Shown: positions 39,901 to 52,800 of the stretch, piece after piece
How positions within the stretch are numbered: the stretch's first letter is position 1
Layout: each line of letters begins with the position of its first letter
Assembly (NCBI RefSeq): GCF_009914755.1
Contig: NC_060937.1
Strand: one strand, 5' to 3'
DNA from: the human T2T-CHM13v2.0 reference genome, Homo sapiens
Length of the DNA: 64,000 bases
Notes under the pieces: model-generated
Told to the model about the DNA's origin: nothing
Databases searched by the model: none
Seen by the model: the letters and a program-made list of their open reading frames with translations, nothing else
Program-made: the position numbers and the translations under genes

Positions 39901-42900
39901 CCATTCCATTCCATTCCATTAGGGTCCCTTCCATTCCATGTCATTTAGGTCCATTCCACTACATTCCATTTCTTTCGAGTCCATTTCATTTCATTCCATT
40001 CCACTTGAGTCGCTTCCATTCCATTCCATTCCATTGCATTCCACTCGATTCCATTCCATTACATTCCTTTCTATTGGAGTCCAATCCATTCTATTCCATT
40101 CCTTTCGCGTCCATTCCCTTCTGTTCCATTTCATTCGAAGCCATTCCATTCCCTTCCATTCACGTCCATTCCATTGCATTCCATTCCATTCCTTTCGAGA
40201 CCGTTCCATTCTATTCCATTCCATTAAATTCCATTCAAATCCACTCCATTAAAGTCCATTTCATTCCACTCCATTCCATTAGAGTCCGTTACATTCTATT
40301 CCACTCGAGTCCATTCTATTCCAAAACAATGAAGTCCATTCCATTCCATGCATTTCCATTCCATTCCATTCGAGTACATTCAATTCCATCCCTTTCGAGT
40401 CCATTCTATTCCATTATATTCCATTCCATTCGAGTCAATTCCCTTCCATACCATTCCGTTCCATTCCATTCCACTCCATTCCACTCCATTCCATTCCATT
40501 CCAATCCTTTCCATTCCATTCCATTCCAATCCATTCCATTCCATTAGAGTCCATTCCATTTCATTCCATTCGCGTCCATTCCATTGCATTCCATTTTATT
40601 CCTTTCGAAACCATTCCATTCCATTCCGTTGGATTCCATTCCATTCCATTCCATTCCATTCGATTTCCCTCCATTCCATTCTATTCCAAATGAGTCCATT
40701 CCATTCTATTCCATTCGAGTCCATTAAATCCTATCCCATTAGATTCCATTTCATTAGTGTCCATTCAATTATATTCCATTTAATTCCATTCGAGTCCATT
40801 AAATTCCATTCCATTCCATTCCATTCCATTCCATTCCATTCCCTTTGAGTCCATTCTATTCCAGTCCATTCCATTCCGGTCCATTTTCCCATTCCTTTCC
40901 ATTCCATTCCATTCTGATCCCTTGAATTCTATTCCATTGGAGTCCATTCCATTCCATTCGAGTTCATTCGATGACATTCCATTCGAGTTCATTCCATTCC
41001 GTTTGAGTCCTTTCCATCACATTCCATTTGAGTTCATTTCATTCCACTCCATTCCGTTCGATTCCATTCCATTCTTTTCCATTCGAGTCCATTCCATTCG
41101 ATTCCATTCAAGTCCATTCCATTCCATTCTATTCCTTTTGAGTCCATACCATTCCATTCTTTTCGAGTCTATTCCATTCCAACCCATTCCATTCGAGGCC
41201 ATTCCATTCCATTCCAGTCCTTTTGAGTCCATTCCAATCCATTCCATTTGACTCTATTCCACTCATTTCTATTCCATTTATGTCCATTCCATTCCATTTC
41301 ATTCGAGTCTATTCCATTGCATTTCATTCCATTCGAGTCCATTCCATTACATTCCTTTTGAGTCCATCTCATTGCATTGCATTCCATTTCTTTCGAGTTC
41401 ATTCAATTCCATTTCATTGCATTCCATTCCATTCGTGTCCATTCCATTCTATTCCTTTTGATTCCGTTCCATTCCATTCCATTAGAGTCCCTTCCCTTAA
41501 ATTCAGTTGAATTCCATTACAGTCCATTCCATTTCACTCCTTTTGAGTCCATTCCATTCCATTCGAGACTATTCAATTCCATTCCTTTCGAGTCCATTGC
41601 ATTCCATTCTATTTCATTCAATTCTATTCCTTTCCATACCATTCCGTTCAATTGCTTTCCATTCCGTTCAATTCTTTTCCACTCCATTCCATTCCATTTC
41701 ATTTGTATCCATTCCGTTCCATTCCATTCCATTCCATTCCATTCCATTCTGTTCGATTCCAGTTTATTCCATTCCATTCTATTCGAGTACAATCCATTCC
41801 ATTCTATTAGACTCCATTTCATTCCATTCCAATCCATTCTGTTCGGGTCCACACCATTCCATTCAATTCGAGTCCATTCCATTCCATGCCATTCCATTCC
41901 ATTTCATTCCATTAGTATCCATTTCATTCCATTCCATTCCATTCCATTCGATACCATTCTATTCCTCTACATTCCATTCCATTCTACTCCATTCAATTCC
42001 ATTCCATTACATTCAAGTCCATTCAATTCCATTCGAGTCCATTTCTTAACGTTCCATTCCATTCCTTTTGAGTCCTTTCCATTCCATTCAAGTCTATTCC
42101 ATTCCGTTTTATATAATTCCATTCCATTGCATTCCATTTCATTCCATTGCATTCCATTCCATTCTTTTGCATTCCATTTCATTCGGGTCCATTCCATTCC
42201 ATAGCATTCGATTCCATTCCATTCGATTCCATTCCATTCCTCTCCATTCCATTCGAGTCCGTTGCACTCTTTTCCATTCTATTCCATTGTATTTAAATAC
42301 ATTCAAGTGCATTCCATTCCATTCCATGCCTGTCCTTTCCATTCCATTCGAATAAATTCACTTCCATTCCTTTCAAGTCCATTTGATTCCATTCCATTCT
42401 ATGCCATTTAAGTCCATTCGATTCCATACAATTCTTTTCCATTCCATTCCACTCCATTCCATTCGATTCCATTCCATTCCATTCCATTCCACTCCACTCC
42501 CTTCCATTCCATTCCTTTCCCTTCCATTCCATTCCATTCCATTCAATTCCTTTCAATTGATGTCCATTACATTCCAATCCATTCGTGTGCTCTCCATTCC
42601 ATTCCATTCCATTCGAGTCCGATCCATTCCAATCTATTCCATTCCATTTGAGTCCATTCCATTGAAATCAATTCCATTCAAGTCCATTCCATTCCATTCC
42701 ATTCGTGTCCATTCCGTTCCATTCCATTCGAGTCCATTCCATTCTCTTCCATTCCACTCGATTCCAGTCTATTCCATTCCATTCTATTCCAGTCTATTCC
42801 ATTCAATTATATTCAAGTTGAATCCATTCCAAACCATTGGATTCCATTCCATTCTGTTCCATTCCATTCGATTCCAGTCTATTCCTTTCCATTCTGTTCC

Positions 42901-45900
42901 AGTCTATTCCATTCCATTCTATTCAAGTCAAATCCATTTCATTCTATTTGAATCCATTCTATTCCATTCCAACGCATTCCATTCGGTTCCATTCCATTCC
43001 ATTCAAATCGATTCCATTCCATTCCATTCCATTCCATTCCATTCCATTCCATTCCTTTCTAGTCCATTCAATTCCATACCATTTCTCTCGATTCCATTCC
43101 ATTTCATTCGAGTCCATTTCTTAACGTTCCATTCCATTCAATTTATGTACTTTCCATTCCATTCAAGTCCATTCCATTCCATTGCATTCCATTCCATTCG
43201 GGTCCATTCCATTCCATTGCATTTAATTCCATTCCATTCCATTCAGATCCATTCCTTTCCATTAGAGTCCATTCCATTCCTTTCCATTCCATTCGAGTCC
43301 TTTCCATTCCATTCCAGTCCATTGCATTCGGGTCCATTCCAATCCATTCCATTCTATTGCATTCCACTGTATTGAATTTCATTCCAGTCCTTTCCATTCC
43401 ACTCGAGTCCTATCCATTCCATTCCATTCCATTAGAGTCCATTCTATTCAATTCCAATCCATTGGTTTTCATTCCATTCCGTTAGCGTCCATTCTATTCA
43501 ATTCCATTCCATTCGTTTTCTTTCCATTCCATTCCGTTCCATTCCATTCCATTCCATTCGAATCCATTCCATTGTATTCCATCAATTCCATTCAATTCCA
43601 GTCCATTCGGGTCCCTTCCTTTCTATTTCATTTGGGTACATTCCATTGCATTCCTTTTCTTTCGAGTCCATTCCTTTCCATTCCATTCCATTCATGTCGA
43701 TTCCCTTCCATTCCATTCCATTCGAGTACATTCCATTCCATTCGAATACATTCCTTTCCATTCCATTCCATTGGAGTCCATTCCATTCTATTCCATTCCA
43801 TTTGAGTCCATTCCATTCCATTCCATTTCATTCGATTCCATTCCATTCCATTCCATTCGAGTCCATTCCATTCCAGTCCATTCTCGTGCATTCCATTGAA
43901 TTCCATTCCACTCCTTTCAAGACCATGCCATTCCTTTCGAGTCTGTTCCATTCCATTCCATTCGAGTACATTCCATTCCATTCCATTCCAATCGAATCCA
44001 TTCCATTCTATTCCATATGAGTCCATTCCATTCCATAACATTAGATTCAATTCCATTAGTTTCCATTCATTTGTATTCCATTCCATTCAAGTCCACGCCA
44101 TTTCATTCAATTCCATTTCCTTCGAGCCAATGCCATTGCATTCCATTCCATTCCATTCCCTTCCCTTCCATTCCATTCCATTCCATTCTATTCCACTTCA
44201 TTCCCTTCCATTGCATTTCATTCCATTCCATTACAATCCATTCCGGTCCATTCCTTTCCATTCGAGTCCATTCGATTACATTACATTCCAGTCCATTCCA
44301 TTCCATTCGAGTCCATTCCATTAAATTCCATTCGAGTTCATTTCTTTCCACTCCATTCCATTGGATTCCATTCCATTCCGGTCCATTCCAATTCATTCCA
44401 TTCCATTCCATTCTGTTCCATTCGAGGCCATTCCATTCCATTCGAGTCCATTCCAATCCATTCCATTCGAGTCCATTCCATTCCAGTCTATTCCATTTGA
44501 GTCCATTCCATTCCATTCTTTTCGATTCCATTCCATTCCAACCAATTTCATTCGTGTCCATTCCATTCCATTTCATTCGAATCAATTCCATTCCATTCCG
44601 TTCCATTGGAGTCCATTCCATTCCATTCCATTCGAATCCGTTCCATTCCATTCCTTTCGGTTCCATTCCATTCAGTTCAATTCCAGTCCATTCCATTCCA
44701 TTTGGGTGCATTCCAATCCATTGCATTCCATTCCATTCCATTCGAGTCCATTTCATTCAATTCCATTCCGTTCCAGTCATTTCGATTGCATTCAATTCCA
44801 TTTCATTTCACTCTGTTAGTGTCCACTCCATTCAATTCCATAAGAGTCCTTTGCATTCCATTCTATTCCATTTGAGTTCAATACATTCCATTCCATTCGA
44901 GTCCATTACATTCCAACCCATTTCATTTGAGTCCACTCCTTTCCATTCCATTCGAATCCATTCCATTCTGTTCCATTCCATTGGAGTCCTTTCCATTCCA
45001 TTCCATTTGAGTATATTCCATTACATTCCATGCCATTTGTGTCCACTCCATTCAAGTCCATTTGAGTCAATTCCATTCCTTTCCTCTTGAGTCCATCCCA
45101 TTGCATTCCATTCCATATAGTTCGAGTCCATTCAATTCCATTCCGTTCCATTCCAGTCCATTCCATTCCTTTCCCTTCGAGTCCATCTAATTGAATTCCA
45201 TTCCATTGGAATCCATTCCGTTCTCTTCCTTTCGAGTCCGTTCCTTTCCATTCCATTAGAGTCCCTTCCCTTAAATTCAATTGAATTCCTTTCGAGTCCA
45301 TTCCACCCCATTCCATTCTTATCCATTCCATTCCATTCGACCCTATTCACTTCCCTTCCTTTCAAGTCCATTCCATTCCATTCTATTTCATTCAAGTCCA
45401 TTCCTTTCCATTCCATTCCATTCCGTTCATTTCCATTCCATTTGATTCCATTCCATTCCATTCATGTCCACTCCGTTCCATTCCTTTTGAGTCCAATACA
45501 TTCCATTCCATTCCGTTTGATTCCAGTCTATTCCATTCCTTTCTATTCGAGTCAAATCCACTCCATTCTATTTGAGTTTACTCAATTCCATTCCAATCCA
45601 TTCCATGCGGGTCCATTCCATTCCATTCAATTCCAGTCCACTCAATTCTATTCCATTCCATTCCATTCCATTCCATTCCATTCCATTCCATTCAGGTCAC
45701 TTCCATTCTATTTCATTTGGATCCATTCCATTACATACCATTTCTTTAAAGGCCATTCCAATCCATTCCATTCCACTCGGGTCTATTCCATTCCATTCCA
45801 TTCAGTTTGAGGCCATTCCATTCCTTTCCATTCCATTCGAGTCCATTCCATTCCATTCCATTCCATTCCATCCCATTCCATTCCATTCCATTCCATTCAT

Positions 45901-47544
45901 TTCGAGTGCATTCAATTCAGCTGCATTTCATTCGAATCTATTCCATTCCATTCCATTCTATTCCATTGGCGTCCATTAAATTCCATTCCCTTCCATTAGT
46001 GTCCATTCCATTACAATCCATTCGAATCCATTCCATTCCATTCCATTCCTTTCGAGTCCATTCCATTCCATTCCATGTTATTCTGTTCCGTTCTGTTCCA
46101 TTTCATTCCATTCCATTCTATTTGTGTCCATTCCATTCCATTCCATTACAGTCCATTCCATTCCATTCTATTCGAGTCCATTCCATTCATTTCTATTCGA
46201 GTCCATTACACTCCGTTACAAGCCATTCCATTTGGATCAATAGCATTCCATTCTATTGGAGTACATTCCATTCCATTCTATTGAATTTCATTCCATTCCA
46301 TTCTTTTCTAGTCCATTCGTTTCCATTCCATTCCATTCGGGTCCATTCCATTCCATTCAATTCCATTCCATTCCATTCCATTCCATTCCATTCCATTCCA
46401 TTCGGGTTCCATCCATTCTATTTCATTTGTATCCTTTCCACTACATACCATTTCTTTCAAGGCCATTCCAATCCATTCCATTCCACTCAATTCAATTCCA
46501 TTCCATTCCATTTGAGTCCATTCCATTCATTCCCATTCCATTCCATTCCATTCCATTCCATTCCATTCCATTCCACTCCATTCCATTCCACTCAATTCCA
46601 TTCCATTCCACTCCACTCTACTCCCCTCTACTCGACTCTAATCCACCACATCCATTCCATTCCTTTTCATTCCACTGGATTCCATTCCATTCCACTCCAC
46701 TCAACTCCATTCCAATCCACTGCACTCCACTCCTTTCCATCCATTTCTAGTGCACTCTGACCGACTCCAAACAACTCCACTCCACTCCACTCTATTCTCT
46801 TCCACTCCGTTACATTATGTTCCGTTCCATTCCACTCCATTCCATTCCAATCCTCTCCATTCTATTCCATTCCAATGCTCTCCATTCCACTCCACTCCTT
46901 TTCACTCCATTCCACTCCATTACACTCCATTCCACTCCATTCCATGCCATTCCACTCTTTTCCATTCCTGCCCACTCATTCGACCCAACTCCACTCCACT
47001 CCTTTTCATTCCATTCCACTCCATTCCACTCCACTCATTTCAATTCCTCCCCACTCCATTCCATTCTATTCCACACCACTCCACTCTACTTCATCGCATT
47101 TCATTCAATTCAATTTAATGCTATTCGATTCCATTCTGTTCGATTCCATTCCATTCAAATTCATTACATTCGAGTCCAATCCGTTTTAGTCCATTCCATT
47201 CCTGTCTATTCCATTTGAGAACCCATTCCATTCCATTCCACTCCACTCCCTTCCGTTTCTCTCCACTCCATTCCATTCCACTCCATTACACTTCACTCCA
47301 CTTCACGGCATTCCATTCGATTCCATTCGTTGCCATTCGATTCCATTCCATTCGATTGCATTCCTATTGATTCCAGTACATTTGATTCATTTCCGTTCGA
47401 TTCCATTCGATTCAATTACATAAAATTCTGTTTCATTCCATTCAAATCCATTCCTTTCCATTCCATTCCATTGCGTTCAATTCCATTCCATTGCATTCCA
47501 TTCCATTCGATTCCATTCCATTCCACTCCATTCCATTCCATTCC

Positions 47545-47770
47545 ATCACATTCCATTCGATTCCATTCCATTCGAGTGCATTACTTTCCAGTCAGTTGCA
47601 TTCAATTCCATTTGATTCGATTCCATTCCATTCCATCTCATTCCATTCGATTCCATTCCATTCCAGTCAGTTGCATTCGAATCCATTTGATTCGATCCCA
47701 TTCCATTCCATCTCATTCCATTCGATTCCATTCCATTCCAGTGCATTACATTCCAGTCAGTTGCATTGGA
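47545..47770 (+). repeat. Local triplication (75/90-bp spacing)
   Basis: CCAGTCAGTTGCATT at 47588, 47663 and 47753; not noticed elsewhere in the window. Confidence 0.88.
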
Positions 47771-49715
47771 TTCCATTACATTCCACTACATTCCACTGCA
47801 TTCCACTCCATTCCATTCCATTCAACTGCATTCCACTGCATTCCACTCCATTCCATTCCATTCGACTCCATTTCACTGTACTGCACTCCACTCCATTCTA
47901 TTCCACCCCATTCCATTCCATTCCACTCCACTCCACTTCACCACATTCTGTTCAATACCATTGGATTCAATTCGATTCCATTCGATGCCATTCGATTCCA
48001 TTCCATTCGATTCCATTCCATTCGACTCCATTCAATTTGATTCCATTCCTTTTGATTCCATTCCATTCGAGTCCATGCCATTTCATTCCATTCCATTCCA
48101 TTCCGTTCCTTTCGATTCCATTCCATTCTATTCCATTGCCTTCCATTCCATTCCATTCGTGTCCATTCCAATCCTGTGCATTCCATTCGATTCCATTCTA
48201 TTCGATTCCATTACATTCCATTCGATTGCATTCCACTCGATTCCATTCCCATTGAGTCCATTCCTTTTGTGTGCATTCCATTAGTGTCCATTTCATTCCA
48301 GTTCAATCCATTCGAGTCCATTCTATTCCATTCCATTCCATTCATTATCACCCCTTTCCAATCCATTCCATTCCATTCCAAACTATTGCATTACATTCCA
48401 TTTGATTCCATTCCATTCAAGTCCATTCCATTCGTGTCCATTACACCCGAATCCATTCCATTCCATTCTGTTCCACTGCATTCCATTCCATTCCATTCGT
48501 TTGCATTCCATTCTAACCCACTCCACTCCACAACACTCCGTTCTATACCATTCCTTCCCATTGCATTCCATTCCACTGCATTCCACTCCACTCCACTCCA
48601 TTAAATTTCATACCACCCCATTCCATTCCACTACATTCCACTTTACTCCACTTCAGTTCTCCGCATTCCATTCGATTTCATTCGATGCCATTGGATTCCA
48701 TTCCATTCGATTCCATTGCTTTGGATCCCATTCCATTCGATTCTATTCAGTTTGATTCCATTAAATTCGATCCCATTCCATTCTATTCCTTTCCATTTAA
48801 ATACATTCCAATGGCGTGCATTCCATTCCATTCCATTCCATTCCATTCCATTCCATTCCATTCCATTCCATTTCATTCCATTTGATTCCATTCTCTTTGA
48901 TTCCATTCCATTCGATTCCATTCCATTCCATTCTAATGCATTCCATTCCATTCCATTTCATTCCATTCCATTCCGTTCCACTCCATTCTGTTCCACTGCA
49001 TTCCATTCCACTCCATTCCATTCCATTCAGTTCCACTCCATTCCGTTCCACTGCATTCCATTCCACTCCATTCCATTCCATTCCATTCCTTTCGATTGAT
49101 TCCGTTCAATGTCATTCCTGTCGATTCAATTCCATTCCTTTCCATTCCATTCGAATCCATTCTATTCGTTTCCATTCCATTCGAGTAAATTCCATTCGAG
49201 GCCATTCCGTTCCATTCCATTCCATTCCGTTCCATCGTACTCCATTCCACTCCACTCCATTCCGTTCCATTGCATTTCATTTCACTCCATTCCACTCCAT
49301 TCCATTCCACACGACTCCATTCCATTCCATTGCACTGCATTCCACTCCCCTCTACTACCCTCAAATCCGTTCAAATCCATTCCTTCCCTTTCCACTGCAT
49401 TCCACTCCAGTACACTGCACTCATTTCCATTCCACCCCTTTCCATTCCACTCCATTCCACTTCACTCCACTTTATTTCATCGCCTTCCATTCGATTCCCT
49501 TCTATGCCACTGGATTCCATTCCATTCGATTCCATTGCATTCGATCCCATTACATTTGATTCCCTTAAATTCGATTCCATTCCATTCGATTCTCTTCCAT
49601 TCGATCCCACTCTGTTCTATTCCATTCCATTTGAGTCCATTCCATTGAAGTCCATTCCATTCCATTCCAGTCCATTCCAATCCATTCCATTCCATTCCAT
49701 TCCAATCCATTGCAT

Positions 49716-49885
49716 TCGATTCCATTCCATTCGATTCCATTCCATTCCATTCCATTCATGTCCTTTCCATTCGATTCCTTTCTATTCAATTCCATTCCAT
49801 TCGATTCCATTCCATTCGATTCCATTCCATTCCATTCCATTCATGTCCTTTCCATTCGATTCCTTTCTATTCAATTCCATTCCAT
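49716..49885 (+). repeat. Exact 85-bp tandem duplication
   Basis: TCATGTCCTTTCCATTCGATTCCTTTCTATTCAATTCC at 49756 and 49841. Confidence 0.9.
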
Positions 49886-52800
49886 TCGAGTCCATTCCAT
49901 TCCGGTCCATTATATTCGAGGCTATTCCATTTGAGGCCATTGCATTTCATTCATTTGTATTCCAGTCCTTTCCCTTCCTTTCCCCTCCATTCCACCACTC
50001 TCCATTCCATTCCATTCGTTTCCACTCCAATCCATTCCACTCCTTTCCATTCCACTCCACTCTGTTCCATTCCACTGCATTCCATTCAACTCCACTCCAC
50101 TTCATTCAACTTTCTTCAAATCCATTCCTTCCCATTCCATTCCATTCTACAGCATTGCACTCCACTACACTCCATTCAATTCCATTTCACCCCATTCCAT
50201 TCCACTCCATTCCACTCCACTCCACTTCACTACATTCCATTTGATTCCATTTGATGCCATGCGATTCTATTCAATGTGATTCCTTTCCATGCCATTCCAT
50301 TCCATTCAATTCCATTCCATTCTATTCCGTTCCATTTGATTTGATTCCATTCCTTTCCATTCCATTCCATTGCATTCCACTCTACTCCATTGCATTTCAT
50401 TCAACTACACTACACTCCATTCCACTTCACTTAATTCCATTCCATTCCATTGCATTCCACTCTACTGCATTGCATGTCATTCAACTCCACTACACTCCAT
50501 TCCACTCCACTTCATTCCATTCCATTCCATTCCTCTCCATTCCATTCCATTCCATTCTACTCCATTCCATTCCATTCCACTCCATTCCACTCCACTCCTC
50601 TCCACTCCATTCCATTCCATTCATTCCGTTCCATTCTATCCCCCATCACTCCACTCCACTCCAATCCACTCCAATCCACTCCATTCCATTCCACTCCACT
50701 CCAGTCCACTCAACTCCATTTCATTCCAATCCACTCCACGCCACTAAACTGCTATCCATTCCATTGCATTCCATTGCGTTCCACTCCACTCCCCTCCGTT
50801 CACTTCTATTCTTTCCCATTTCATTCCATTCCACTCCACTCCACCCATTCCATTGCATTCCATTGCGTTCCAATCTACTCCACTTCGCTCCTCTCCATTC
50901 ACCTCCGTTCCTTCCCATTCTGTTCCACTCCTTTCCACTCCACTGCACTCCATTCAATCCATTCTACACTATTCCATTCCAATCCATTCCTCTCCACTCA
51001 TCTCCGCTGCACCGCATTCCATTTGATTGCTTAGGATACCATTCGATTCCATTCCATTTGATCCATTCCATTCGATTCCATTCCTTATGATTACTTTCCA
51101 TTCGATTCCATTCAATTTGATTCCATCCATTCAATTGCATTCCATTCAATTCCATTCCATTCTAGTCCATTCCATTCCATTGCATTCCAATACATTCCAT
51201 TACATACCACTCCATTCCACTCCACTCCACTCCAATCCACCCCGTTCACTTCCATTCCTACCTATTCCATTTAATTCCACTCCATTCTACTTCCCTCTAC
51301 TCCTTTCCATTCCATTCCTTTCCATCCCATTCCATTCCACTCCATTGCACTCCAATCCTCTCCCTTTTTACTGCTTCCCATTCGATTCCAGTCGATGTCA
51401 TTCGATTCCATTCCGTTCAATTCCATTCCATTCAATTCCATGATATTCAATTCCATTCCATTCGAGTCCATGCAATTCCATTCCATTCCACTCCAATCCA
51501 CTAAACTCCACTTCACTCCACTTCACTCCACTCCATTCCTTTCCATTCCATTCCATTCCATTCCCTTACATTCCACTCCACTCCATTCCTTTCCACTCCC
51601 CTCCAGTCCACTCCATTCCATTCCATGCCATTCCATTGCATGCAACTCCACTCTATGCCACTCCTCTCCACTACTCTCTGTTCAATTCCTTTACTTCCCT
51701 TTCCATTCTATTCCACTCCCTTCCACTCCACTCGACTCCAATCCATTCTTTCCATTCATCCACCTTCCATTCCACTCCGTTCCACTCCAATCCACTCCAC
51801 TCCACTTCATCGCCTACTATTCGATTCCACTCGATGCCATATGATTCCATTCCATTCGATTCCATTTCATTCCATTCAATTCCTTTCAATTTGATTCCAT
51901 TTCATTTGATTCCATTCCTTTTGAGCCCATTACATTTGATTCCACTCCATTCCATTCCATTCCAGTCCAGTCCATTCCATTCGACTCCATTCCACTCCAC
52001 TCCACTAAACTCCGTTCCATTCCAATCCTTCCAATTCCATTCCATTCCACCCCATTCAACTCCACTCCACTCCACCCCATTTTTTTCCATTTCCCCACAT
52101 TCCATTCCATTCCATTCCAATCCTCTCCTCTTCAACATATTCCATTTGATCTCATTCGATGCCATTAGATTCCATTCCATTCAATTCCATTACATTTCAT
52201 TGCATTCCAGTCCACTCCCATCCACTCCACTCCACTGCATTCCATTCCATTCCAATCCACTCCACTCCACTTTATTCCACTGCACTCCACTCCAATCCAT
52301 TCCACTCCACTCCACTCCATTCCATTCCACTCCACTCCACGCCACTCCACTCTGCTCCATTCCATTCCATTGCATTGCTCTCCACTCCACTCCACTCCAT
52401 TCCATTGCATTCCACTCCAATCCACTCCACTCCCATCTATTCCTTTTGATTCCATTGCATTCTATTCCACTCAACTCCACTCCATTCCATTCCATTCCAT
52501 CCCTTGTCTTTCCATTCCATTGCACTCCATTCCACTCCACTCAACACCACTCCATTAAATTACATTACACCCCATTCCATTCCACTCTCTTCCACTTCAC
52601 TCCCGTCCACTTCACCAATTTCCATTCGATTCCATTTGAAGACATTCTATTGCATTCCATTCGATTCAATTCCATTCGATTTCATTCCATTTGATTCCAT
52701 TCCATTCGAGTCCATTCCATTCGTATCCTTTCCATTCCATTCCATTCTATTCCATTCCATTCCATTTCATTCCATTCCACTCCACTAAACTCCACTCCAC

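Larger units (their letters stand above)
13311..46570 (+). repeat. Domain 2: HSat3 variant dominated by CATTCGAGTC (plus TTGAGTC, TCAAGTC, TCGTGTC, TCGAATC, TCGGGTC)
   Basis: From ~13345 onward GAGTC-type pentamers recur every few tens of bases, and the GAGTTG/TATTG vocabulary of domain 1 nearly disappears. CACTC stays infrequent until ~46570. Confidence 0.9.
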
